DNA of 64,000 bases from assembly GCA_023245335.1 (NCBI GenBank), contig JAHFKK010000001.1, forward strand, positions 427,282-491,281, in the 5' to 3' direction. The translations under genes were made by a program, and so were the position numbers. The number at the start of each line of letters is the position of its first letter. Within the stretch, counting starts at the first letter, position 1. Below, one piece after another: positions 10,039 to 18,073 of this stretch. The notes under the pieces are model-generated. The model was given only the letters and a program-made list of their open reading frames with translations. It was not told where the DNA came from and did no database searches. The DNA is from Candidatus Gottesmanbacteria bacterium (GTDB lineage: Bacteria > Patescibacteriota > Microgenomatia > UBA10105 > UBA927).

Positions 10039-10473
10039 ATGCCGACAGTCAATCAATTAGTCCGTAAAGGACGACATCATAAAGCAAAAAAGGTGAAAGC
10101 AACCGCGCTTCGCAAATTTTTTAATGCGAAAGACGGCATCACGTCATCTCTTCCGGCGCCGTTTAAACGCGGTGTGGTGACTTTAGTCAAAACCATGACG
10201 CCGAAAAAGCCGAACTCCGCTCTCCGGAAGGTCGCTCGTGTGCGTCTTTCCAACAAGCAGGAAGTCACGGCATATATTCCCGGAATCGGACATGAACTCA
10301 CCGAACACGCGATTGTCCTTATCCGCGGCGGACGCGTACCGGATTTACCAGGAGTCAAATACCATATCGTCCGCGGCAAGTACGACACCACGGGTGTCGC
10401 CAACCGGAAGCAAGGGCGGAGCCGCTACGGCGCGAAAACTACGAGCGGTCCGGTAACCGCGGCAGCCAGTTAA
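10039..10473 (+). CDS. rpsL: 30S ribosomal protein S12
   Basis: [11 protein letters not shown] ... [10 protein letters not shown] ... [20 protein letters not shown]. Confidence 0.95.
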   Translation: MPTVNQLVRKGRHHKAKKVKATALRKFFNAKDGITSSLPAPFKRGVVTLVKTMTPKKPNSALRKVARVRLSNKQEVTAYIPGIGHELTEHAIVLIRGGRVPDLPGVKYHIVRGKYDTTGVANRKQGRSRYGAKTTSGPVTAAAS

Positions 10474-10486
10474 TGTACCACATAGT

Positions 10487-10960
10487 ATGAGAAGCAAAAA
10501 AACATACAAAAGACTTGTCACTCCGGACGCCGTCTACGGGAACCGGATGCTTGCACGGCTCATAAACCGCGTCATGCTCCATGGCAAAAAGACTATTGCC
10601 GAAAGCCACGTCTACAAAGCGCTCGATATCATCAAGGAAAAAGGCGAAGACCCGATCAAGGTTTTTGAGGCGGCACTCAATAATGTCGGCCCCAAAATGG
10701 AAGTCCGTACGCGTCGTGTCGGGGGAGCATCCTATCAGGTGCCGACCGAAGTCCGGGGAGACAGACGGGTTTCTCTGGCAATCCGATGGGTCGTTGAGTT
10801 TGCGAAGAACCGTTCGAACAAGGAATTTCATACCTACGCCGAAAAGCTGGCCGTAGAGCTTATGGATGCCGCGAAGAATCAGGGAGAGGCTATTAAACGC
10901 CGTGATACCGTCCTCCGCATGGCTGATGCCAACAAGGCGTTTGCACATTTCCGTTGGTAA
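10487..10960 (+). CDS. rpsG: 30S ribosomal protein S7
   Basis: 157 aa with typical S7 sequence. Confidence 0.95.
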   Translation: MRSKKTYKRLVTPDAVYGNRMLARLINRVMLHGKKTIAESHVYKALDIIKEKGEDPIKVFEAALNNVGPKMEVRTRRVGGASYQVPTEVRGDRRVSLAIRWVVEFAKNRSNKEFHTYAEKLAVELMDAAKNQGEAIKRRDTVLRMADANKAFAHFRW

Positions 10961-11566
10961 ATGAATAACGCTATTCTTTCGCACTTTCGGAAGAATGATC
11001 CCCGCATAGTCCCTCTCCTGGAATCCATTGTTTTAGAAGAAATTGTTTCCCGTAGACCCCAAGATTTTTTTGTGAGCCTTACGAGTGAGATCATCGGACA
11101 ACAGCTGTCCGGGAGAGTTGCTGATGTCATTGAGGGCAGGTTCCGGAAACTTTTTGGTAGGAAAAGGATCACCCCGGCTGCAGTGCTTGCTGTTTCGGAT
11201 GACGCGCTTCGAGGCACCGGTATGTCCTGGTCCAAAGTACACTTTATCAAAGACCTCGCGGACAAAGTGGTGAAAAAGGACGTGGATTTGTCGCGCCTCA
11301 CAACTCTCGATGATCACGACGTCATCATAGAGCTCACGAAAATAAAAGGTATCGGCCCGTGGACTGCGGAGATGTTTCTCATCTTTACGTTGGGGCGTCC
11401 CGATGTGTTTTCCTATGGAGATTTAGGGCTTCGACAGGCAATACAGAAGCTCTACGGGTTACGTAAAGAACCCACGGTGCGGCAGATGGAGCGGTTGACC
11501 AAGCGCTGGAGTCCGTATCGTACCCACGCCGCTCGTGTTCTCTGGCGGTATAAGGATGCGAAGTGA
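10961..11566 (+). CDS. HhH-GPD DNA glycosylase (AlkA-like 3-methyladenine glycosylase)
   Basis: HhH-GPD core (IKGIGPWTAEMFLIF ... PDVFSYGDLGL); its ATG immediately follows the rpsG stop codon. Confidence 0.75.
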   Translation: MNNAILSHFRKNDPRIVPLLESIVLEEIVSRRPQDFFVSLTSEIIGQQLSGRVADVIEGRFRKLFGRKRITPAAVLAVSDDALRGTGMSWSKVHFIKDLADKVVKKDVDLSRLTTLDDHDVIIELTKIKGIGPWTAEMFLIFTLGRPDVFSYGDLGLRQAIQKLYGLRKEPTVRQMERLTKRWSPYRTHAARVLWRYKDAK

Positions 11567-11669
11567 CCAGGGACATGCTGGACAAAGTATAGCTAATCAT
11601 CAATACTGGTTCTAACGAGTACTACCGCATGGAACCGATGCAAAACGAACGCTATATAGCATTCCCCGA

Positions 11670-12089
11670 ATGCATGGAGGACATACAATACCCATGAAAA
11701 TACTTATCGCTATCCTTTTGTCGATCGGCCTCGGCGTACTCCTATGGCAGGGGATCATGATAGGATCCGCTATCCGATCCTGCGCGGCAAATCATCAGGA
11801 AGAACTTGCGCTTGCCAGGACCCAGATAGAATCGATACGAGGGGATCATGTGCAATACTGCTCTACCTCCTACGATATACTGGCGTCCTGGGATGCCTGT
11901 GTGTCTGCGGCCCCCATGCAAACGTCTACGCCTAAATTTATTGTCTTGCGACTTAAGCCGGTCGTGACGCAAGTCCTTGCCATCATCGGGGATCCCAATA
12001 GTATGGTCAACCAGCTGAAGCTGGAGCACGATGATCTTTGCAAAGACCAGATCTATCTCATATTTTATCCGCCGCAGCAGGACAAATGA
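11670..12089 (+). CDS. hypothetical secreted or membrane-anchored Cys-containing protein
   Basis: N-terminal hydrophobic segment, four Cys, no recognisable family; the start may be the internal MKILIAI. Confidence 0.35.
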   Translation: MHGGHTIPMKILIAILLSIGLGVLLWQGIMIGSAIRSCAANHQEELALARTQIESIRGDHVQYCSTSYDILASWDACVSAAPMQTSTPKFIVLRLKPVVTQVLAIIGDPNSMVNQLKLEHDDLCKDQIYLIFYPPQQDK

Positions 12090-12099
12090 CACGAAACCA

Positions 12100-12741
12100 A
12101 TGAGAAATATCGTCACACGCGTGATGAGTCGGGTTTGGATCAAACGGAAAACATCCAAACGATTATTTCTTGCGGTTCCTATTCCGCTCCAATGGTCAGA
12201 AGCGTTATCCTCTTTGCAGGAGTCGGTGAAATCCCGCCATATTACGGGTGCCGTACCGACACGCTGGACGGAGAGAGATAGTCTCCACATGACCGTCCGC
12301 TTTATCGGTAATGTCGATGAACGGTGTATCCCGAGTTTGGTCACGACGATCCGGAGGCTTCTTCGGGAAGTGCGTCCATTTGAACTTCCATTCGAATCTG
12401 CGCATGTCGCAACGGTTGATGATCCCAAAATGATTTGGGCGACGTTCAGGAACGTCAAACCGTTTCAACAGGTGGTTACCAGGAGCACAAGGAGAATCGC
12501 GAAGTTCCTTTTCAAAGAATGTAACGGTACGGTGATGCACAACGGCCATGATGTCATCCCGCACGTGACGCTTGCCCGTCTGAACGGCACGGTTTCGTTT
12601 TCGGCTGATGTCCCGGGGAATATGCTTTTCCCCAAAGCATTACCCGTCTCATCTCTGGTTCTCTATGAATCTAGGACGTTTTCGACCGGGTCGGTGTATC
12701 ATACGATAGCAACGTTTCCGTTAAACGATATACGTATATGA
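12100..12741 (+). CDS. thpR: RNA 2',3'-cyclic phosphodiesterase (2H phosphoesterase, LigT/ThpR family)
   Basis: two H-x-T/S-x motifs (LHMTVRF and PHVTLARL); start trimmed to ATG 12100 to avoid overlapping the upstream ORF (ATG 12124 is an alternative). Confidence 0.7.
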   Translation: MRNIVTRVMSRVWIKRKTSKRLFLAVPIPLQWSEALSSLQESVKSRHITGAVPTRWTERDSLHMTVRFIGNVDERCIPSLVTTIRRLLREVRPFELPFESAHVATVDDPKMIWATFRNVKPFQQVVTRSTRRIAKFLFKECNGTVMHNGHDVIPHVTLARLNGTVSFSADVPGNMLFPKALPVSSLVLYESRTFSTGSVYHTIATFPLNDIRI

Positions 12742-13952
12742 AGAAAATCGGTATCGGTATAGCTGCAGTTTTTTTGGTCGGTGCATTGGGGTATGCCGGC
12801 TGGTTTGCCTATACGAATTTACGGGGTTCCGGCCCCGCGTTCGGACCGGTGCCAGGCAATATCGTCAATTACTTTAACACCCCCACGGCCGCCGTTTCGC
12901 CCCGGGCGCCGGTAAATAATACTGAGTTTCCTCTCACGGTCCCCCAAGGATTTAGCATAGCGCTCTATGCTAAAGATCTAGGGAGTCCGCGGGTACTGGC
13001 GTGGGATCCCAAAGGAACGCTCGTCGTGAGTATAACCCAGGATGGGAAAGTCGTCGCTCTTCCCGATGATAATCATGATGGTATATCGGATCGCACGGTC
13101 ACCATTCTTTCCGGACTCAGGCTGCCGCACGGACTGGCATTTCGCGGCAATACGCTCTATGTTGCAGAAACAAATGAGATAGCTACATACGACTATAACC
13201 CGGCGACCCTGACAGCAACCAATAGAAAAAAAATCATCGATCTGCCGGATAAAGGATTTCATTTTACCCGAACGATCGGCTTCGGTCCGGACGGGAGACT
13301 GTATACCGCTATAGGAAGCGACTGTAATGTTTGTGTGGAAAAAGATGCCAGGCGCGCGGCTATATATGCATCGAATAGCGATGGCACAGACTTTAAACCA
13401 TATGCCACCGGGTTACGGAATGCGGTGTTTTTTACCTGGAGTTCCGACCGGCGCATGTGGGCAACGGTCATGGGTAGGGATTATCTTGGTGACAACGTGC
13501 CGCCTGATACGGTCGACATTATTTCCGGCGGTAAAAATTACGGTTGGCCGTACTGTTACGGGAAAAATGTTTGGGATCAGACCTTTGATCCGTCACAAAA
13601 AGCAAAGGACTTTTGCGCAACAGTAGAACCATCGCATATAGATATGCAGGCGCACTCAGCTCCCCTCGGATTGGCGTTTGTGCCGAAAAGTTGGCCGCAG
13701 GAGTATCAGAATAATTTACTAGTTGCGATGCACGGGTCATGGAATAGGAGTGCTCCTACAGGCTACAAAATCGTCCGATTCAAACTGGATAACAAGGGAA
13801 ATTATTTAGGAGTTGAAGATTTTATATCCGGTTGGCTCACAAACGGCGGCGCTCTCGGCCGTCCGGTAGATTTGTTATCTGATCAACAAGGAAATCTTTT
13901 TGTTTCCGATGATAAGGCGGGGGTGATCTACAAAATTTCCTCAGCGCATTGA
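12738..13952 (+). CDS. PQQ-dependent sugar dehydrogenase (soluble glucose/sorbosone dehydrogenase family)
   Basis: N-terminal TM anchor; beta-propeller SGDH-like motifs (PHGLAFRGNTLYVAE, GRDYLGDN). Confidence 0.75.
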   Translation: MKKIGIGIAAVFLVGALGYAGWFAYTNLRGSGPAFGPVPGNIVNYFNTPTAAVSPRAPVNNTEFPLTVPQGFSIALYAKDLGSPRVLAWDPKGTLVVSITQDGKVVALPDDNHDGISDRTVTILSGLRLPHGLAFRGNTLYVAETNEIATYDYNPATLTATNRKKIIDLPDKGFHFTRTIGFGPDGRLYTAIGSDCNVCVEKDARRAAIYASNSDGTDFKPYATGLRNAVFFTWSSDRRMWATVMGRDYLGDNVPPDTVDIISGGKNYGWPYCYGKNVWDQTFDPSQKAKDFCATVEPSHIDMQAHSAPLGLAFVPKSWPQEYQNNLLVAMHGSWNRSAPTGYKIVRFKLDNKGNYLGVEDFISGWLTNGGALGRPVDLLSDQQGNLFVSDDKAGVIYKISSAH

Positions 13953-14311
13953 CAGCCCGGCTGCGACAGATTATTCTCCAGAGAATGAGCATGGGGAGAA
14001 GGCAGATTGCCGTTAGGACAAAGGACTGGAATGAGCTGCACGACCGGGTAAAAGCGATGAGACGGGCATGGAGTGTCGGAAATTCTGCCGAGGCCTTCGC
14101 CTATTTTCCCCGGGTATACCGGTTAGTCGAAGAAATGGATTTGGACACATTATATGTTGCCAGGGAATATCCGCCGTCTTTACGAATGAAACCGGAAGTG
14201 TTGAGACACAGCATGTATGTTGAACCGGGTGAATTTTTTACACGCGTTGCGTTTGAATTGGATTACGAAAAGTATCCCGAAGGGCAAAAACGTCTCGAAG
14301 AACGTGTTTAA
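13949..14311 (+). CDS. hypothetical protein
   Basis: 120 aa ORF overlapping the upstream gene by 4 nt; no family recognised. Confidence 0.4.
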   Translation: MTARLRQIILQRMSMGRRQIAVRTKDWNELHDRVKAMRRAWSVGNSAEAFAYFPRVYRLVEEMDLDTLYVAREYPPSLRMKPEVLRHSMYVEPGEFFTRVAFELDYEKYPEGQKRLEERV

Positions 14312-14313
14312 AT

Positions 14314-16026
14314 CTATCCGAACGTAAACGCGTAGAGTTCTAGGTTCCCATCCAGGAATTCAAGCTTCAGTATATGGTCTCCCGGCTGTGACAAGGTGAT
14401 AAGTGTATACAATCGATCCGTGTCCACGGTGACGATACCATCTTTTACGTCCACTCCCGCTGATCCGCTGACGTCAGTTCCGTCCAGCGTCACTTTGAGT
14501 TTTCCTGATACTCCCGCTGTGTGCGGACGCATGACAAGGTAGGCGTTCTTCGCGCTGAAATGATAGATGAGCGTCGCACCGGCGCTTGGCATGGTGCGTT
14601 CCGCTCCGACATTCCATGCGCCGCCTAAGGCGAACGTGTTGGACGGTACGCTTGCGGGTGCCGTATAGGATGTTGTCTTATCCGGCTGTACGTTTTCGGC
14701 GCTTACCAGTCCCGCCATACGGTTATACCCGACATACGTTTCCGGCGTTTGGGAATATACGTGATATTCCGCGTTGTCGATTTTCGGTTGGTCCGTGACT
14801 CCGGTTTCGGCAAGGAGCGTTTGTATATATCCTTCCGATTCATTATAGTTTCCTTCACCGAAATGGGTGAAGCGGATCTTGCCGTTTTTGTCGATGAAGT
14901 ATTCCGCCGGCCAGTATTGGTTGGTATACGCGTTCCATGTGGCGTAATCGTTGTCCTGCATCACCGGATAGGTAATGCCGAAATCTTTTATGGCTTTTCC
15001 GACATTGTCGGCATTTTTTTCAAACTCAAACTCCGGTGTGTGTACGCCCACTATGACGAGGCCTTTGTCTTTGTATTTGGCATACCACGCTTTGGTATAG
15101 GGAAGCGTCCGGATGCAGTTGATGCACGTGTACGTCCAGAAGTCTACGATAACCACTTTGCCCCGAAGCGATTTTATGGAGAGTGCCGGACTATTAAACC
15201 ATTTGCCGCCGGCGACGAATTCCGGTGCTGTTCCATAGTTGGATTCGAGTAAATCTGTGATCATAGAACCTCCTTTATTATTTTTAATCGTTTGTAATTG
15301 TTTTTGGACGGCTTGATTATTTTCTATGTTGGTAAGCCCTGTGCCATAGGTCGGAAATTTGGTCAGGATATACGTTTGGAACTGCCGGTCCCAGGAGAAG
15401 AAGATGGCGATAGCTGTGAACAGCATGAGTATGCCGAATATTTTTTGGATATGTTCAGTATTTTTCGTGAGCCACGGATGATTGGTGAGTAATGTCCGTC
15501 CTCCGAAAGTGATTGCAAGAAGGGGAAGCGATGTGCCGAGTGCATAGACGAGTGTGATTATGATTGCGTTGAGTCCTACGGTTTGGGTCGCCGCAAGAGC
15601 GATAATTGAGGCTAAAATCGGTCCCACGCACGGGGTCCAGACCAATCCGAGACTTAGGCCCACCAATATTCCGGAAAGAAATCCGTCACCAGTCTGATTT
15701 TTGGGCCCGGCATTTGCCAGGCGCGAAAACATAAGCTCCAGCCGTTTTTGGAATGAGGGTATGACGAGCCCTAATCCGAATACTGCGATGACACCTACGG
15801 CGACAATCCGCAGAGCGTCAGGCGAGATGCCCGTCGCTTTCACAATTGCGGTGAGAAACAAAGTGAAGAATGTGAAGCTTGCGATAAATCCCGTAACCAC
15901 CCCAAACGGCCGGCGCTTGCCTCCCGTGATCGTGCCGGAGAGAACGATGGGAAGAATCGGTAATATGCATGGAGAAAGTATCGTTACTATTCCGCCAAGG
16001 AAAGCAAAAAGAACGAGAATAAGCAT
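14314..16026 (-). CDS. DipZ-like fusion: CcdA/DsbD transmembrane domain + thioredoxin-like domain + C-terminal beta-rich domain
   Basis: N-terminal CcdA with two Cys (SPCILP, TPCVGP); central redoxin CxxC (WTYTCINC); ~170 aa C-terminal extension. Confidence 0.8.
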   Translation of the reverse strand: MLILVLFAFLGGIVTILSPCILPILPIVLSGTITGGKRRPFGVVTGFIASFTFFTLFLTAIVKATGISPDALRIVAVGVIAVFGLGLVIPSFQKRLELMFSRLANAGPKNQTGDGFLSGILVGLSLGLVWTPCVGPILASIIALAATQTVGLNAIIITLVYALGTSLPLLAITFGGRTLLTNHPWLTKNTEHIQKIFGILMLFTAIAIFFSWDRQFQTYILTKFPTYGTGLTNIENNQAVQKQLQTIKNNKGGSMITDLLESNYGTAPEFVAGGKWFNSPALSIKSLRGKVVIVDFWTYTCINCIRTLPYTKAWYAKYKDKGLVIVGVHTPEFEFEKNADNVGKAIKDFGITYPVMQDNDYATWNAYTNQYWPAEYFIDKNGKIRFTHFGEGNYNESEGYIQTLLAETGVTDQPKIDNAEYHVYSQTPETYVGYNRMAGLVSAENVQPDKTTSYTAPASVPSNTFALGGAWNVGAERTMPSAGATLIYHFSAKNAYLVMRPHTAGVSGKLKVTLDGTDVSGSAGVDVKDGIVTVDTDRLYTLITLSQPGDHILKLEFLDGNLELYAFTFG

Positions 16027-16121
16027 ATATATGTATTATACATCACTGAATCGTTCGTTCATCCTGGTCGAGTTTGAATTTGCTCAGATGTCGTATAATA
16101 TATGCGACAAAGGAGATTATT

Positions 16122-16346
16122 ATGGCAGGTACAGCAAAATCCGAACTTGTTGAGTGGGTATTAGGTCTTGATGAGATCCCGAAATTTGTGGCGTTAGCCG
16201 CTGAACATCATATTAAAATGGATGGTGTTCCTCGGAAAGACGCAGATGGGCGGCGCGTTTATTTGCAGGTTGTGAGACCGGCTTTAGAACAAACATATAG
16301 AGATTTTGCTATTGCTGTTCGTCCCCATCACCAGTCAGATTCCTAG
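16122..16346 (+). CDS. hypothetical small protein
   Basis: ATG 16122 preceded by AAAGGAG and a TATAAT box (16094-16099); directly followed by the cupin gene. Confidence 0.45.
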   Translation: MAGTAKSELVEWVLGLDEIPKFVALAAEHHIKMDGVPRKDADGRRVYLQVVRPALEQTYRDFAIAVRPHHQSDS

Positions 16347-16694
16347 TTGATCTTTATGGATCTTAAAGCATTCGTGGGAAAGTATAACCTTGCCGAAGTA
16401 GATAAAAAACTTGGCGAGACCTATTGGTCGCCCGTTGATGTTGCATACATTAATGATTGGGTCTTGCGCGCGGCCGCTGTGAAAGGCGAATTCCATTGGC
16501 ATACACACGATGATGATGAGTTCTTTCTCGTCTATAAAGGATCTTTGACCATCCAGACGGAAAAGGGAGACGTTAAATTACTTGAGGGTGAGGGATATGT
16601 TGTTCCTAAAGGAGTTAAGCATTGTCCTAAAACAAATGTCCGTACCGTTGTCCTTCTTCTTGAGCCGAAGCGTGTGAATACAAAGGGGGACTAG
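16347..16694 (+). CDS. cupin domain protein
   Basis: two cupin motifs (HWHTHDDDEFFLVYKG and VVPKGVKH); the first ATG is at 16356. Confidence 0.8.
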   Translation: MIFMDLKAFVGKYNLAEVDKKLGETYWSPVDVAYINDWVLRAAAVKGEFHWHTHDDDEFFLVYKGSLTIQTEKGDVKLLEGEGYVVPKGVKHCPKTNVRTVVLLLEPKRVNTKGD

Positions 16695-16701
16695 TTTCTT
16701 T

Positions 16702-16896
16702 TTATTTGGACGGAAGTTTTTGATTATTATCTTCTTTTTCCTCAGACTTGGTTATTCTATCCCCTGGATTATCGCTGTATGCCCACCGACTCATTTGCCG
16801 GATTGCCCAGACGGTATCCCGCCACCAACACAATTCGACGTTGCAACCCTTAGGATCGCACATTGTCCCTTTTGCTTTACAATACTCCGGAGCCAT
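16702..16896 (-). CDS. hypothetical Cys-rich small protein, leaderless
   Basis: C-x6-C-x4-C-x4-C spacing; a TATAAT box 6 nt upstream of the ATG on the minus strand. Confidence 0.3.
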   Translation of the reverse strand: MAPEYCKAKGTMCDPKGCNVELCWWRDTVWAIRQMSRWAYSDNPGDRITKSEEKEDNNQKLPSK

Positions 16897-16950
16897 CTCG
16901 GTATTATAGAGTTTAGGGTGTAAATTCGCCAGTTGGCTTATAATAACAGT

Positions 16951-17166
16951 ATGAATCCTCTCACAACGATTCCCGGCGTCGGCAAAAGCATTGCTGCGGA
17001 TTTGAACGGCATCGGCGTTTATCGTGTGGAAGAACTAAAAGGAAAAGATCCGGAGAAGTTATACCAACAGTTGTGTAAGAAGCAAGGCGTGAGGCTTGAT
17101 CCCTGTGTACTCTATACTATGCGTTGCGCAGTCTATTTCGCCTCAAACAACGTTCATGATCCGTAA
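16951..17166 (+). CDS. helix-hairpin-helix protein (Cdd1 / pathogenicity-locus-like)
   Basis: TIPGVGKSIAADLNGIGVYRVEELKGKDPEKLY HhH motif; TATAAT 16939-16944 then 6 nt then ATG (leaderless). Confidence 0.5.
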   Translation: MNPLTTIPGVGKSIAADLNGIGVYRVEELKGKDPEKLYQQLCKKQGVRLDPCVLYTMRCAVYFASNNVHDP

Positions 17167-17220
17167 TTCCTCAAATGGTGGAAGTGGAAGGATGGTCGCA
17201 GGAGTTGATACAATGCTCAT

Positions 17221-17484
17221 ATGAAACCATCGAACAGTTTAGAAAAACGGGTTGTGGAGATAGAAGAACGCAACAAACGAGTCGAGACGGATAAGGCGTG
17301 GGAAACAAGTTGGGTCCGGCGGGGGTTATTGGTCGCATTCACATATCTTTCTGTCGGTCTATACCTTCGCGTCATCGCTATCCCGAATCCGTGGCTCAAT
17401 GCGATCGTACCATCACTGGGATTTTTGCTCTCTACACTGTCGCTCCCGTTCTTCAAGCAGTGGTGGATGATGATGCATAAGTGA
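17221..17484 (+). CDS. 2TM-domain small membrane protein
   Basis: RVETDKAWETSWVRR followed by two TM helices and LSTLSLPF, resembling the 2TM family from memory; TACAAT then 6 nt then ATG. Confidence 0.5.
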   Translation: MKPSNSLEKRVVEIEERNKRVETDKAWETSWVRRGLLVAFTYLSVGLYLRVIAIPNPWLNAIVPSLGFLLSTLSLPFFKQWWMMMHK

Positions 17485-17524
17485 ATGATTGCGAGTGAAT
17501 GTCTTGAGGTGTATGTCGGAGGTA

Positions 17525-17908
17525 TTAAGGGGTGAGCATGACATCAAGCGATTTATATTTTCGATTAGCCTCCAGATTAACAAGAAAAGCTGCAACGCCG
17601 GCGGGACGAATATGAATATTTGCTCTTTCGCCAGTGAATGTTCTTGATAATGTAAATTTTTTCTCAAAGTCAGGAGGGTCATTTTCAATGCCGCTCACAT
17701 CCAGCATATCCTTAAGAGATCTTCTGCGGTTTCTTGTTTCAAAAGAGAGAACCGTTGCATCCCGACTCTCGGCGCGGCTAACACGAACGGATCCTAATAC
17801 AGTACCGTCACTTTTTTGAATCTGGAGTTGCAGTTCAGATCCGGGATGTTTAACGTCCGAAAATTCTGCGTTTGTTTCGTACTCTTTCGCAACAGTTTGG
17901 ATTGGCAT
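17525..17908 (-). CDS. hypothetical protein
   Basis: 127 aa ORF with no strong competing ORF; no SD and no family recognised. Confidence 0.3.
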   Translation of the reverse strand: MPIQTVAKEYETNAEFSDVKHPGSELQLQIQKSDGTVLGSVRVSRAESRDATVLSFETRNRRRSLKDMLDVSGIENDPPDFEKKFTLSRTFTGERANIHIRPAGVAAFLVNLEANRKYKSLDVMLTP

Positions 17909-17983
17909 ACTATGGGGGCAGAAGTTGGGATGATAGTACCAACTAACTGCATATATATCAAGTAAGGGGTTTCTCCCGAATCT

Positions 17984-18012
17984 CTAGACACAGGAGACAA
18001 TTTCCCGTATAA
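17984..18012 (+). promoter_or_regulatory. putative promoter for fusA (TAGACA-17-TATAAT)
   Basis: TAGACA 17984-17989 and TATAAT 18007-18012. Confidence 0.4.
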
Positions 18013-18040
18013 TCATAGAGTTGAATTGATGAAGCAGTTT

Positions 18041-18067
18041 TGCTTCCCAAGTCGGGGAGCTTTTTTT
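18041..18067 (+). terminator. hairpin plus T8 run in the fusA leader
   Basis: GCTTCCC-aagtc-GGGGAGC followed by TTTTTTTT, ending 6 nt before ATG 18074. Confidence 0.35.
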
Positions 18068-18073
18068 GATTTT

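Noticed and set aside
11742-12458. 238 aa minus-strand ORF spanning two plus-strand genes
   Set aside because: It overlaps the Cys-protein ORF and the 2H phosphoesterase, whose motifs are clear; no recognisable features of its own.
18026-18073. 16 aa N-terminal extension of EF-G ([16 protein letters not shown])
   Set aside because: It contains a terminator-like hairpin plus T8 run and is not similar to EF-G N-termini. Kept only as an alternative in the fusA leader finding.
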